Assembly (NCBI GenBank): GCA_024278985.1
Contig: JAJRSC010000021.1
Coordinates: 1 to 43,765, forward strand
Direction: 5' to 3'
DNA: 43,765 bases
Source: an archaeon
Lineage (GTDB): Archaea > AGJL01 > Methanococci > Methanococcales > Methanocaldococcaceae
Numbering within the stretch: position 1 is the first letter of the stretch; every line of letters starts with the position of its first letter. A program made the position numbers and the translations under genes. The notes below the pieces were generated by a model, which was given only the letters and a program-made list of their open reading frames with translations, was not told the DNA's origin and searched no databases. Positions 1-10,779 of the stretch are shown piece by piece.

Positions 1-715
1 CTACAACATATGCCCCTTTTATTGCTGCATGTACTGAAAACCCTCCTGTATAACAACAAACATCTACAACCTTATCATTTTCTTTAACAAATCTCTCTAT
101 CTCTATCCTATTCTCCCTCTGGTCTAAAAAAAACCCAGTCTTTTGCCCTTCAAACGTTACCTTAAATTTTACATTCCCCTCTTTTATTATTGTCTCCTTT
201 TTTGTTCCATAAAGATGCTTTTCAAAATCCTCTAATCCAGCTCTTTTTCTATTTCTTCCAGAACTTTTTTCATAAATACTTTCAATTCCAAGGTCTATTA
301 ATGTCTCAACTATAACATCCCTAAACTTCTCAATTCCATAATTAAATATTTGGATTGTTGCTATTTCATTATATTTATCAATTATCAGGCCATTTAACCA
401 ATCAGATTGAGTATAAACCATTCTATAGGTATCCTTTAATTTTAAAAATTCTGTTCTATATTTATTAGCCTTAATTATCTTCTACCTTATGTAATTTTCA
501 TCTAATTCTTCCATTTTTAATGTCATTATTCTAACTTCATGAGGATTTTTAAATCCTCTACCTAAAAATTTTCCTCTTTTTGAGTAAATATCTACAACTT
601 CTCCAAGTTCAGCACTTTCAAAATCCTCCTTATTTAAGATGTTCTCTTTCTGTATTATTAGATTACCTTTTTCTATAGCTGAATAACCTCCAAAATCAAC
701 ATACAATTTAACCAT
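1..715 (-). pseudogene. Class I SAM-dependent rRNA methyltransferase (RlmI-like, PUA + MTase), 3' end beyond window; in-frame TAG at 482-484
   Basis: Start likely ATG 713-715 (MVKLYV). Reading past TAG the frame stays open to base 1: ENYIR*KIIKANKYR...YRMVYTQSDWLNGLIIDKY...GQKTGFFLDQRENR...VVDVCCYTGGFSVHAA, which are RlmI-family motifs. Probably an intact gene with one G>T lesion or error. Confidence 0.85.
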
Positions 716-807
716 ATTCTCACAGATTATTACCAACTTTTATATATTTTATAACCTTAATTAATATAATTAGGTAGAATAAAATAATTTATGGAGTGGA
801 GCTTTTT

Positions 808-1158
808 ATGGAACCTTGGAGATTAGAAAAAGTTAGTAAATGTTTTAATTGTGGTAAAGAAGTATCTCAAATAATTGAGATATTTCCCAATCAGGCATAT
901 ATAACCTGTTCAAATTGTGGAGCTAAAAGATACTACATTATTAGAAGGATAGGAATAGAAAATGAAGATATTATAATAAAGGAAAAAAATAAAAAACATA
1001 AATATGACATTTGGAGCTTAAGTAAAATTGCTGTATGTTTTAATTGTAAAAAAGAATATGTTCAGGAAATTTTAATTACAGAAACTAAACTTATTGTTAG
1101 ATGTAAAAATTGTGGATTCACAAGAGTTTATCAATTTCACATATTAGAGATAAAATAA
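808..1158 (+). CDS. Hypothetical tandem zinc-ribbon protein
   Basis: Four CxxC pairs in two similar halves (CFNC..CSNCG / CFNC..CKNCG). ATG 808 follows a GGAGTGG RBS; the track's GTG at 796 lies inside that RBS. Confidence 0.75.
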   Translation: MEPWRLEKVSKCFNCGKEVSQIIEIFPNQAYITCSNCGAKRYYIIRRIGIENEDIIIKEKNKKHKYDIWSLSKIAVCFNCKKEYVQEILITETKLIVRCKNCGFTRVYQFHILEIK

Positions 1159-1178
1159 TTATAAAATAATTTTTTTAG

Positions 1179-1832
1179 TTATAAATCAATTGGAACTCCT
1201 ATTTCAGGAACCACTACTTCAACCCCTAATGGTTCAACCTTTTTTATAAACTCTCTTACATCTGCTTGTATTACTGGGAATGTATTATAATGCATTGGTA
1301 TAACAACTTCTGGATATATTAATTCAGTAGCAACAACTGCCTCATCAATTCCCATGGTGTATCTTCCACCTATAGGTAATAATGCTACTTTAGGAGCATA
1401 TAATTCCCCAATTAGTTCCATATCTCCAAATAATCCAGTATCTCCTGCATGGTATACTCTATCATTTATAATATATCCTGCAGCTACTCCTCCGCTTATT
1501 GTTGGAGATATATCTGAAGAGTGTTCCGCTTTAACCATTGTTATTTTTGAGTTATTTACTATAACAGAGCCACCTATATTCATATCAATAGTTTCAACTC
1601 CTTTTTCATTTAAATATAATGAGATTTCATAAATACATACAACAGGAACACCATACTCTTTAGCTAAAGCTTCTGCATTTCCTAAGTGGTCACCATGTCC
1701 ATGAGTAACTGCTATAACTTCAACACCTTCCATAACTTCATCCATAGGAAGATTACATAATGGATTAGGAACAAATGGGTCAATAAGTACATTATCCACT
1801 TTAAAGCACGCATGCCCATACCAAGTTATCAT
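1179..1832 (-). CDS. Metallo-beta-lactamase-fold hydrolase (UPF0173 family)
   Basis: ITWYGHACF, THGHGDH, YHAGDT, IPMHY motifs. Confidence 0.9.
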   Translation of the reverse strand: MITWYGHACFKVDNVLIDPFVPNPLCNLPMDEVMEGVEVIAVTHGHGDHLGNAEALAKEYGVPVVCIYEISLYLNEKGVETIDMNIGGSVIVNNSKITMVKAEHSSDISPTISGGVAAGYIINDRVYHAGDTGLFGDMELIGELYAPKVALLPIGGRYTMGIDEAVVATELIYPEVVIPMHYNTFPVIQADVREFIKKVEPLGVEVVVPEIGVPIDL

Positions 1833-1903
1833 ATATGTATCACCAAAATTTTTATTATATTTTAAATATCATTATTTTGAGTTATATATACTTTTTTAAA
1901 TAT

Positions 1904-3085
1904 TTAATCATAGTCAATATCTGCAAGTTTTCTGCCAAATTCTTTCAATTTCTTAATATCTTCAGTAGTTGGTTTTAATCTAATAGTTAAACATTTATCT
2001 TCAACTATTTTATAATAAAGCTCTAAAAATACAGTTTTTATTTTATTTACAGCACATTCTACCCATCCATAAGAACCAAAAGCAACTCCTATTTTATCAT
2101 AAGGCCTAATATTCATAAGATAAGTTAAAAATTTACCAATATTAGGAGTTACATTTCTATTCATTGTTGGAGAGCCAATTAATAGATATTTACAATCTAA
2201 TACATCAGTCACTATCTTACTAATACTTGTCTTTGATACATCATATACTTTAGTTTCTACACCTCTCTCCATTAATCCACAAGCTAATGAATGTGCCATT
2301 ATTCTTGTAGAGCCATACATTGAATCATAAACAATAACAGCCTTATTTTTTACATTAAAAATCCAATCTTCATATTTTTTAATTATATTATTAATATATT
2401 TACACCAAATTACTCCATGTGCTGGAGCTATCATATCTAACTCTAAACATTTTAATTTTTCTATAATATCTGGAACCATAGATTTATAGGGCATTAATAT
2501 GTTTGCAAAATACTCCTTAGCATAATGAAATGAATAGTTTTTAATTTCATAATCAAATCTTTTAGAGCTTGCAAAATGTTGCCCAAATGCATCATTTGAA
2601 AATAGAATTTTATCATCTATACAGTAAGTCATCATATTGTCTGGCCAATGTAACATAGGAGTTAATATAAATTTAAAACTTTTATCTCCTAATTTTAAAG
2701 TAGTATTATCATTAACTATAATAAACTCCCAATTATCAGTATTATAATAAATTGATAACAATTCTTTTCCTTTCTCATTTGTTATAACTTTAGCTCCACT
2801 AATTTTAACAATATCCTCTAAACAACCACTATGGTCTTTTTCTGAATGTTGAGCAATAATATAGTCAATTTTTTTAGGATTTATAACTTCTGATATTCCA
2901 AATATTAATTCACTACAAAGCTCTTCTTTACATGTATCTATTAAAATATTTTTTTCTCCTGTTATTAGATAACTGTTGTAAGTTGTTCCAAAAGGAGTTT
3001 CATGAGAATGGAAATCCCTAATATCCCAATCCACTACTCCAACCCAATAAATATTTTCTTTTAATTTTACAGCCATATACACCAC
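1904..3085 (-). CDS. fprA: FprA-family flavodiiron protein
   Basis: GTTYNSYL, HSEKDH, PMLHWPD, SNDAFG, PAHG di-iron ligands; C-terminal flavodoxin (YDSMYGST, FGSYGW). Confidence 0.88.
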   Translation of the reverse strand: MVYMAVKLKENIYWVGVVDWDIRDFHSHETPFGTTYNSYLITGEKNILIDTCKEELCSELIFGISEVINPKKIDYIIAQHSEKDHSGCLEDIVKISGAKVITNEKGKELLSIYYNTDNWEFIIVNDNTTLKLGDKSFKFILTPMLHWPDNMMTYCIDDKILFSNDAFGQHFASSKRFDYEIKNYSFHYAKEYFANILMPYKSMVPDIIEKLKCLELDMIAPAHGVIWCKYINNIIKKYEDWIFNVKNKAVIVYDSMYGSTRIMAHSLACGLMERGVETKVYDVSKTSISKIVTDVLDCKYLLIGSPTMNRNVTPNIGKFLTYLMNIRPYDKIGVAFGSYGWVECAVNKIKTVFLELYYKIVEDKCLTIRLKPTTEDIKKLKEFGRKLADIDYD

Positions 3086-3162
3086 ATAAAATATTTTATT
3101 TTATTATTTAGGAGTTTCTCTAATTTATAATTTAACTAATAAAAAATAATAAAATATTTTAG

Positions 3163-4377
3163 TTAGAAGGTATTTACTTCTCCATTAACAATCATGTCCC
3201 TTACTTTTAAAATATTATTTAACCAGTTGTTTGCTATTTCTTCAGCTTTCTTTTTAATTTCTTCAAAATCTTTATCTTCATCAACTATTAACTCAATATC
3301 CAGAGCCTTAGGTTCATTTATTGGCTTACCGATTTGACTTAAAATTCTTACATAACATTCCTTAACTCCATCTAAATTAGCAATATCATTTGCTATTAAA
3401 TTAGCTAAAATATTATAGATTTTCCCTACATGATTTACAGGATTTTTTCCACTTGCTGCTTCCATACTCATAGGTCTAAATGGTGTTATTAAACCATTAA
3501 CTCTATTTCCTCTCCCAACTGACCCATCATATCCCATCTCTGCAGAAGTTCCTGTAACAGTTATATATACCGCTCCTCTTTCATAGTCATCTGCAGTATT
3601 AATATAGATTTTTACATCATAACCATTAGCAATTTTTTTAGCTAAATATTTAACTTTTTCCTCAATTTTTTTAATTACCTCCTTATATTCTTCTATATAT
3701 TTAACATATTTATCTACTATAGCTGCTGCAATAGTAAGTTTAATTTTTTTACCTTCTCTTAATCCCATAACTTTAATATCTTCACCTAATGCAGGAATTT
3801 CTTTTTTTGTTTCCTCACTATTTAGTAATTTCTCTGTTTCTAAAACTAATCTTTCAGTTGTAGATAGAGGAGCATAACCAACACCAAAAGATGTATCATT
3901 AGCCAAAGGTATTTTATCTTTCTGTCTTTCAAATACATCAACTAAATCAACACTACCCTGTCCAATTCTACAATCTACAATAACATCCTTATCCACATCT
4001 AAATTTCTTACAACTTTTTTTAAATATTCTTTAGCTGCTTTTATTGCAACAGTTCCGACAGGTAGTTTAATAATTCCTTTTTCTGTAGTTATCTGCATTG
4101 TTGCCCTTCCTGAAAGAAGAATGTATATAGGAGTAACCATTTCTCCTCCTCCAAATTTAGGATATGCATGACCTCCAACAACTTCAACCTGGTCGGTGTT
4201 ATGATGTAAAATAGTTCCAAATTTTTCAATATACATCTTACATAACGCTCTACTTACACTTTCAGCAATACCATCAGCTATTGAATCAGGATGACCCAAT
4301 CCTTTTCTTTCAACTATTTCAATTTCTTGCTCTTCAATTGGCTTACAATTCAACTTTTTTATAAATATATTTCTCAT
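3163..4377 (-). CDS. mat: S-adenosylmethionine synthetase (archaeal type)
   Basis: [37 protein letters not shown] motifs. Confidence 0.96.
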   Translation of the reverse strand: MRNIFIKKLNCKPIEEQEIEIVERKGLGHPDSIADGIAESVSRALCKMYIEKFGTILHHNTDQVEVVGGHAYPKFGGGEMVTPIYILLSGRATMQITTEKGIIKLPVGTVAIKAAKEYLKKVVRNLDVDKDVIVDCRIGQGSVDLVDVFERQKDKIPLANDTSFGVGYAPLSTTERLVLETEKLLNSEETKKEIPALGEDIKVMGLREGKKIKLTIAAAIVDKYVKYIEEYKEVIKKIEEKVKYLAKKIANGYDVKIYINTADDYERGAVYITVTGTSAEMGYDGSVGRGNRVNGLITPFRPMSMEAASGKNPVNHVGKIYNILANLIANDIANLDGVKECYVRILSQIGKPINEPKALDIELIVDEDKDFEEIKKKAEEIANNWLNNILKVRDMIVNGEVNTF

Positions 4378-5189
4378 TTTATCTCACCTATTAAATTGTA
4401 ACTTGGGAACTTACCAAAGTTTATTACATAATTTGTATATTTTTTTAGCTCTTCAATTACAGAGCTATCAAAATTTTTATATTCAAAATCAATATAAAAA
4501 ATATATATTCCTAACAATCTTTTAGAGGGTCTTGACTCAATTCTTGTTAAGTTTATTTCCCTATCAGCAAATATCTTTAAAATTCTATATAATGCTCCAG
4601 GTTTATCTTCTTTTAACTCTAAAACTATTGACCCTTTATAATTTTTTGATGGTTTAAGTTTTAAATCATCATATCCAATTAATATAAATCTTGTGGCATT
4701 ATTTTTATAATCTTCTATTTTACTATCTAATATTTTTAAGTTGTATAATTCTGCCAACTCCTCTGAACCAATTGCTGCTAAACTTTCGTCTCTTTTTTTG
4801 GCAATAATATCAACTGCCTTGGCAGTAGATTCCACTGGTAGAACTTTCCAATTATGTTTTTTTATATAGTTTTTACATTGTGCCAATGCCTGAGGATGGG
4901 AAAGAATGGTTTTTATTTTTTCTTTGTTAAATCCTATTAAATTATGATGTATTGGGATAATTATTTCTGCTAAAATTTTTGGTTTATATTCTAATAATAA
5001 ATCCATTGTTAAAGAAACTCCTCCCTCTATAGAGTTCTCTATTGGTACAACACCATACCCTTTTTTTAAGTTCTCAAATATGTTATAAATTGTAGGACAG
5101 TAAAAAATTTCTTCTTTCTTTTCAATAAAATTTAAAAAATTTTTTGCTGCTATTGATGAATAACTTCCTTTTTCTAATGTATAAATCAT
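4374..5189 (-). CDS. pheA: Prephenate dehydratase
   Basis: [26 protein letters not shown] domain with [10 protein letters not shown]. Confidence 0.95.
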   Translation of the reverse strand: MIYTLEKGSYSSIAAKNFLNFIEKKEEIFYCPTIYNIFENLKKGYGVVPIENSIEGGVSLTMDLLLEYKPKILAEIIIPIHHNLIGFNKEKIKTILSHPQALAQCKNYIKKHNWKVLPVESTAKAVDIIAKKRDESLAAIGSEELAELYNLKILDSKIEDYKNNATRFILIGYDDLKLKPSKNYKGSIVLELKEDKPGALYRILKIFADREINLTRIESRPSKRLLGIYIFYIDFEYKNFDSSVIEELKKYTNYVINFGKFPSYNLIGEIK

Positions 5190-6706
5190 TTTTCTCCCTC
5201 AATTAAATAATTTCCTAAAAGTAAGTAATTAAATTTAGTTTTTAAAAAACTCTTTATTGCGTCTTCCTCTTTACATACTATTGGCTCACCATGTAAATTA
5301 AAGGAGGTATTTAAAACAACAGGAATATTTTTAGTGTCATAGACATATTTTATAATATCGTAATAGAGAGGATTACTTTCTCTTTTTAATGTTTGAGGTC
5401 TTGTTGTATTATCTACATGAACAACTCCCTCAATTTCTTTAACTTTTTCATCTTTAACCTTAAACAAAAAAGTCATAAATGGAGAATAAAAAGTATTTTC
5501 TAAATAATCATCAATAAACTCATAAAGTATAGTAGGTGCAAAAGGCATAAACCAATCTCTTTTTAGTAATTTATTAATCTTTTTTTTATTTTCTTTTGTT
5601 GGGAGTGATATTATACTCCTATTACCTAACGCCCTTGGCCCAAATTCCATTTTATCTCTTGCTAAACATACAATTTTATTGTTTATTATTAACTCCCCAA
5701 CAACTTCAGCAATCTCTTTATCTTCTATATATTTATATTTTAGATTATATTTATTTAAAAGATTCTCAACCTTTGAATTTTCTATTTTATAACCAAAATA
5801 AGTATTTTCTATTTTAATTCTATCTATTTTTTTGTCAGATAATGAACTACCAACTGATAAACCTTCATCTCCCATAAATGGTGGGACAAAGACACTATCA
5901 CAAATTTCAGCCACTTTACTATTCAATTTTACATTTTGAGCTACTCCACCAGTTAGTACAACATTTTTAATACCATATTCTTCAGTTAGATGTTTAACTA
6001 CCTTTAAAACACAGTCCTCTAAAATCCTCTGAGCAAATTTAGAAATCTTTACTTTTGTATTAAAGTCCAAATCTTTTATTTTTAAAAGTTCTTTTAATTT
6101 ATTTGTTGCCTCTCTACCAACAACATTTAAATAATTCCTAAAACTCCATATCTCTTTATGATAATCAATAACTTTAAGATTAATCTCCTCTTTTGTAGGA
6201 AAGGAAGATAATGACATAACTTTACCTTCATGTTCCATACTTCTAAATCCTAAAAGTTCAGTTATAGATGCATAAAAGTCACCAATTGAGTCAATATAAG
6301 AACTTTGTGTTATTATCTCCAAATCTTTATTTCCAATTGATGCCAAAAAAGATAATCCATCTCCAGCTCCATCCAGAGAAATAATTAAACATTCTTTAAA
6401 ATTGGATAATTTGTATAGATAACTATGAGAAAGATGATGATAAATATAAACAGTTCTTTTTTTTATCTTATCTTGAAAATCTCTAAGTTTTAATAATTTA
6501 TTTCTTCTTCTAAATGTAGAGCCAACAGTTATATATGATATCTCATCATTATTAATATTTGAAAACAAATAATTTAAAGCTTCATCTGGAAATCCTCTAT
6601 AATTCTTAATTCTTTTAAATCTTTCTTCACTTGCTGCAAAAATAATATTCTTTTTATTAATTAATGAAACACTTGCATTATGTCCATCATGTAACCCTAA
6701 AATCAT
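5186..6706 (-). CDS. Carbamoyltransferase, NodU/CmcH family
   Basis: SEERFKR, HHLSH, LDGAGD, EGKVM, EFGPRALGNRS, MPFAP, VHVDNTTRPQ, NTSFNLHGEPIV. Confidence 0.92.
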   Translation of the reverse strand: MILGLHDGHNASVSLINKKNIIFAASEERFKRIKNYRGFPDEALNYLFSNINNDEISYITVGSTFRRRNKLLKLRDFQDKIKKRTVYIYHHLSHSYLYKLSNFKECLIISLDGAGDGLSFLASIGNKDLEIITQSSYIDSIGDFYASITELLGFRSMEHEGKVMSLSSFPTKEEINLKVIDYHKEIWSFRNYLNVVGREATNKLKELLKIKDLDFNTKVKISKFAQRILEDCVLKVVKHLTEEYGIKNVVLTGGVAQNVKLNSKVAEICDSVFVPPFMGDEGLSVGSSLSDKKIDRIKIENTYFGYKIENSKVENLLNKYNLKYKYIEDKEIAEVVGELIINNKIVCLARDKMEFGPRALGNRSIISLPTKENKKKINKLLKRDWFMPFAPTILYEFIDDYLENTFYSPFMTFLFKVKDEKVKEIEGVVHVDNTTRPQTLKRESNPLYYDIIKYVYDTKNIPVVLNTSFNLHGEPIVCKEEDAIKSFLKTKFNYLLLGNYLIEGEK

Positions 6707-6735
6707 AATTTCACATTTAAGAGGAGGGTTTTTAT

Positions 6736-7521
6736 ATGATACCTAAAAGTCATCCAAGATATAAATCATTAATGATGAGAGAGAAATTAGTAGAGGCATT
6801 GGACAAGGGGATTTTAGCAAAAGCTGGATTAATTGCTCATGGTAGGGGAGAAACTTTTGACTACCTAATTGGAGAAAAGACAACTGATATAGCTTTAGAG
6901 TCTATTAAAGCAGCTGCTGCAATGTTAGTTTTAGCAAAAAATCCTATAATAAGTGTAAATGGAAATACAATTGCTTTGGCTATTGATGAAGTTGTGCAAC
7001 TTGCTAAAGAACTAAATGGAAAAATTGAAGTTAATTTATTTTATAGGACAAAAGAAAGAGAAGAAGCAATAAAAAGAGAATTTTATAAAAAATTTGGAGA
7101 AGATATAAAATTTAAAAAAATTGAAATTCATGGAATTGATGATGCAAACTATCAAATTCCAAACTTAGATAGTTTAAGGGGAAGAATATCAAAAGAGTTT
7201 TTTAATGCAGATGTTGTTTTAGTACCTTTGGAAGATGGAGATAGAACTGAGGCATTGGTTAAAATGGGAAAAAAGGTTATTGCTATTGATTTAAATCCTC
7301 TCTCAAGAACTGCCCAAAAGGCAACTATAACCATTGTTGATGAACTTACAAGGACTTTACCTTTGTTAATAAAATATGTTAAAGAATTTAAAAAAACTGA
7401 TAAAGAGAGACTAATAAAAATTATTAAAGAATATGATAATAAAAAAAACTTAAAAAAAATGTTATTATATATAAATGAAAGATTAAAAAAATTGGGTGAT
7501 GATGAAAATTTCGCTATCTGA
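6736..7521 (+). CDS. 4-phosphopantoate--beta-alanine ligase (phosphopantothenate synthetase)
   Basis: [37 protein letters not shown] motifs of the archaeal PPS family. Confidence 0.92.
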   Translation: MIPKSHPRYKSLMMREKLVEALDKGILAKAGLIAHGRGETFDYLIGEKTTDIALESIKAAAAMLVLAKNPIISVNGNTIALAIDEVVQLAKELNGKIEVNLFYRTKEREEAIKREFYKKFGEDIKFKKIEIHGIDDANYQIPNLDSLRGRISKEFFNADVVLVPLEDGDRTEALVKMGKKVIAIDLNPLSRTAQKATITIVDELTRTLPLLIKYVKEFKKTDKERLIKIIKEYDNKKNLKKMLLYINERLKKLGDDENFAI

Positions 7522-7556
7522 TAATTAATGATGACTACTCCCGCGGCTGAACCCAA
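7492..7556 (+). ncRNA. Box C/D methylation-guide sRNA
   Basis: Terminal stem TTGGGT(7492-97)/ACCCAA(7551-56); C box ATGATGA 7499-7505; 12-nt guide; D' CTGA 7518-21; C' ATGATGA 7528-34; 12-nt guide; D CTGA 7547-50. Confidence 0.92.
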
Positions 7557-7574
7557 ATCCTTTTTGGTGAAGAT

Positions 7575-8645
7575 ATGTTAAAAGATTTTGATAATTTTGA
7601 AATTATGGATATTCTTTCTAAAGCTCAAAAGTTGGAAAGAGAAGGGAAAGATGTTATACACTTAGAAATAGGAGAGCCAGATTTTCCTACACCTAAACCT
7701 ATAGTTGATGCTGCTAAAAAAGCATTAAAAGATAATAAAACATTTTACACAGATAGTAAGGGAATTATTGAACTAAGAGAAAAATTAGGAGAAAAATATA
7801 ATTTTAATCCTGATAATATTATAATTACAGGTGGAAGTTCTTTAGCATTATTTTTTAGTTTAGCATCAATTTTAGAGAAGGGTGATGAAGTTCTTATAAA
7901 AAATCCAACTTATCCATGTTATAAAAATTTCATAAGATTTTTAGGAGGAAAAGTTATTTATTTTAAAGATGAAAATGACCTATTAGAAAAAATAACCAAA
8001 AAAACAAAATGTATAATTTTAAATTCTCCTTCAAATCCAACAGGGGAAATATTAAATAAAGAGATATTTAAAATCTCTTATGAAGAAATTCCTTTTATTG
8101 TTTCTGATGAAATTTACAGTGGCTTAGTATATGAAGGAAAAAGCTACTCAATTAAAGATTTTGATGAAAATCTTGAGAAGAGTGTTTTAATAAATGGATT
8201 TTCCAAGTTGTATTCAATGACTGGCTGGAGATTAGGATACTTATTAACCAGTTTAAATATAATTGATGATATTTTAAAACTTCAACAAAATTTTTTTATT
8301 TCAGCTCCAACTATATCCCAGTATGCAGCTTTAAAAGCTTTTGATAAAGAAACATTAAAATATGTTGAGGAAATGAAAAAAGAATTTAATAGAAGAAGGA
8401 AATTAGTTTTAAAGTATATGAAAGAGTTTAATTGGTATGTTGGAAATCCTGTAGGTGCCTTTTATGTTTTTCCATATATTGGAAGTGATGGAAAAAAATT
8501 TTGTGAGGATGTTTTACAAAAAAAATTTGTTGCTTTAGCTCCAGGAGAAGAATTTGGAAGTAAGATGAATATAAGAATTAGCTATGCAAATTCATACAAC
8601 AAAATTAAGGAGGGTTTAGAAAGAATAAAAGAAATGATATTATGA
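7575..8645 (+). CDS. mfnC: Class I PLP aminotransferase, probably methanofuran-pathway transaminase MfnC
   Basis: EIGEPDF, NSPSNPTG, SDEIY, NGFSKLYSMTGWRLG; closely resembles M. jannaschii MJ0684 as recalled. Confidence 0.75.
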   Translation: MLKDFDNFEIMDILSKAQKLEREGKDVIHLEIGEPDFPTPKPIVDAAKKALKDNKTFYTDSKGIIELREKLGEKYNFNPDNIIITGGSSLALFFSLASILEKGDEVLIKNPTYPCYKNFIRFLGGKVIYFKDENDLLEKITKKTKCIILNSPSNPTGEILNKEIFKISYEEIPFIVSDEIYSGLVYEGKSYSIKDFDENLEKSVLINGFSKLYSMTGWRLGYLLTSLNIIDDILKLQQNFFISAPTISQYAALKAFDKETLKYVEEMKKEFNRRRKLVLKYMKEFNWYVGNPVGAFYVFPYIGSDGKKFCEDVLQKKFVALAPGEEFGSKMNIRISYANSYNKIKEGLERIKEMIL

Positions 8646-9139
8646 TAACTGTAGCAACTGCTGAATGTTTTACTCATGGAAAAATAGGATTAACTATTCA
8701 TAAAGCTGCTTCTGGATATAAAGATTTTGAATATAAATATCTATTTAATGAAGATGATTTAAAAATTATTAAAAATGTTAAAGTTTTAGTTTCTATGTTT
8801 CTACCATCTATATATGCCACCCAAAAACTTTTAAATATATCTCTTCCAGAGCCAGATTATTCCTATAACTATGCTAAAGCTTACTCTGAAGAGAAGGATA
8901 TTATTGTTGCTAAGCAAATAGCCAAAGCTTTAAAAGAAAAATTAAATGTTGATATTTCTATTGCTTCAACTGCAGGAGTTGGTAGAGGTGCAATAGCAAT
9001 ATATTCCAAAAAACTTCATATATTTACAACCGATATTTATGCTAATTTATTAACTCATGAGAATGTTATAGAAAGACAAAAAAATGGGATTGAAAAGGGA
9101 ATAAAAAAATTTTTAGAAATTCTTAACTCTGAGTTTTAA
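8642..9139 (+). CDS. hcgF: FeGP cofactor biosynthesis protein HcgF (UPF0254)
   Basis: MITVATAECFTH, KAYSEEKD, STAGVGRGAI, ERQKNGI motifs. Confidence 0.88.
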   Translation: MITVATAECFTHGKIGLTIHKAASGYKDFEYKYLFNEDDLKIIKNVKVLVSMFLPSIYATQKLLNISLPEPDYSYNYAKAYSEEKDIIVAKQIAKALKEKLNVDISIASTAGVGRGAIAIYSKKLHIFTTDIYANLLTHENVIERQKNGIEKGIKKFLEILNSEF

Positions 9140-9958
9140 TATTTTAAGAACCCCAGCATTTAAGAACCATGTATTAAAGATGTCTGCTATTAAAGCAATT
9201 ATTAAAACTGATGCAATATTTGATAAAATATCTGCTATTGGAACAAATAACTTAACTATTACTAATAAAATTAACATTGCTGTTATTGTTGTTAAAGTCA
9301 TAGTTAATCCAGTTTTAAAAGCTTCTTTATATATCTCATCAAATTCTTCATAGCTTCTTTTTAACAACTTTGTTGTTAATAAAATGTTACTATCAACAGC
9401 ATAACCAATAACCATTAATAATGCGGCTATTGTTGCTGATGAAAGTTCAATATTCAATAAAGACATTCCACCCAAGGCAATTATAATATCAGACAAGGCA
9501 CAAAAAATAATTGTTCCACTAACTACTGGATTTCTAAATACAATATATATAACAGCAGCCATAAATAAAAATGCAAATCCAACAGCTTTTAATCCCTCTT
9601 CAAAAAACTTAGAGCTTAATGTAGGTCCAACAACTTTTTCAGAGTAATTTAACTTATCTAAAGAATCAACTTTAAAAAATTCTAAGATTTTTTGCTTAAC
9701 TATATCAACATTTTCAGTTTTACATCTTATAACTATAAAATAACCATTGGCAGCTTTAAGTTCTTTTACATCAGCCAAATCTCCTAATTCTTCTTTTAAT
9801 TTTGTAATATCTACTTTTTCCTTTACTTCAATTGTTATTTCAGTACCTCCTGTTATATCTATACTCTTAGGAATTCCTTTAAATCCTATTAAAAGGATAG
9901 ATAAAATTAACAAAATTATAGGAATTATAATAGATATTTTTGGGTCTTTAATAATCAT
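9113..9958 (-). CDS. secF: Protein translocase subunit SecF
   Basis: SIDITGGTEI, VGPTL, IAALLMVIGYAVDSNILLT; 6 TM segments. Confidence 0.93.
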   Translation of the reverse strand: MIIKDPKISIIIPIILLILSILLIGFKGIPKSIDITGGTEITIEVKEKVDITKLKEELGDLADVKELKAANGYFIVIRCKTENVDIVKQKILEFFKVDSLDKLNYSEKVVGPTLSSKFFEEGLKAVGFAFLFMAAVIYIVFRNPVVSGTIIFCALSDIIIALGGMSLLNIELSSATIAALLMVIGYAVDSNILLTTKLLKRSYEEFDEIYKEAFKTGLTMTLTTITAMLILLVIVKLFVPIADILSNIASVLIIALIADIFNTWFLNAGVLKILKLRVKNF

Positions 9959-9971
9959 TTTTTCCCAGATA

Positions 9972-10253
9972 TTATTTTTTTAGATTTTCAATATACTTTC
10001 TTTGTAGGTCTTTATTATGTTCAATTAAAATTTTAAAAATTTTTAGACAGATATCTTTATCAACATTATAACATTTACAAAGTTCTTCAATACTTTTATA
10101 TTTTTCTTTTTCTCTATTTATGTCATTGATATCTAAGTTAAAGGAAAATTTTATTTTTGCAATATCTTTGGCTAGTTGATTTCTTTTAGCAATTAATTTT
10201 ATAATTTCCTCATCTATTCTATCAATTTCTTTTCTAACTTTATTTAATTCCAT
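9972..10253 (-). CDS. aroQ: Chorismate mutase (AroQ type)
   Basis: LNKVRKEIDRIDEEIIKLIAKR...DINRE...Q pattern. Confidence 0.88.
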   Translation of the reverse strand: MELNKVRKEIDRIDEEIIKLIAKRNQLAKDIAKIKFSFNLDINDINREKEKYKSIEELCKCYNVDKDICLKIFKILIEHNKDLQRKYIENLKK

Positions 10254-10271
10254 ATTTTCCCAACTAATAAA

Positions 10272-10553
10272 TTATTTAAAGAGAGAATCTATAACTTCAT
10301 TATCAATATATAATTTAAACTTTTTTGTTATATAATATCTCTTAGCCCTACCTTCCTCTAAGATTGTTTCACTTTTTACTAAATTAGCATTTTCAAGTTT
10401 TTTCATATGAGCATATAAAACAGGCCTTGATAGTTTTAAATATTTTGATAAATCATAAATTGTCATAGGTTTTTTATTAAGAATAGATAAAATTTTAATT
10501 CTTGTAGGGTTTGATAATGCATCACATATTTTACATATCTCATCCACATCCAT
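10272..10553 (-). CDS. ArsR/SmtB-like winged-helix transcriptional regulator
   Basis: ALSNPTRIKIL, LSRPVLYAHMKKLENANLV, GRAKRYY; N-terminal CxxC (CKIC). Confidence 0.85.
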   Translation of the reverse strand: MDVDEICKICDALSNPTRIKILSILNKKPMTIYDLSKYLKLSRPVLYAHMKKLENANLVKSETILEEGRAKRYYITKKFKLYIDNEVIDSLFK

Positions 10554-10557
10554 AAAC

Positions 10558-10779
10558 TCACTCTATTTCTTCCCATTTCTTCTCTAATTTTTTAACTGTT
10601 TCTTTAATTTCTTCAACATCTTTCTCTATTTTTATTAGTTTAACTTCATTTCTTGGTTTAAATATATTGTATAGAAGTAAAATAAGTATTAATATTAAAA
10701 GTATTATGATAACTATATCAGTCCAATGCCACATTACATTATTAGGAAAATAAGAATATTCATACCCTCTATAAGGCAT
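10558..10779 (-). CDS. Small single-pass membrane protein with C-terminal coiled coil
   Basis: Aromatic/Met/His N-terminus, one hydrophobic helix, IEKDVEEIKETVKKL heptads; GAGGGG RBS; 4 bp upstream of the regulator. Confidence 0.75.
   Translation of the reverse strand: MPYRGYEYSYFPNNVMWHWTDIVIIILLILILILLLYNIFKPRNEVKLIKIEKDVEEIKETVKKLEKKWEEIE

Noticed and set aside
754-777. ACCT..AGGT inverted repeat / TACCTAAT motif also near 22263 and 24905
   Set aside because: Spacing is inconsistent and the motif is mostly A/T; expected by chance in this composition
9113-9139. Convergent 3' overlaps (hcgF/secF; also 14972-14982, 40364-40367, 43548-43561)
   Set aside because: Ordinary for a compact Methanococcales genome
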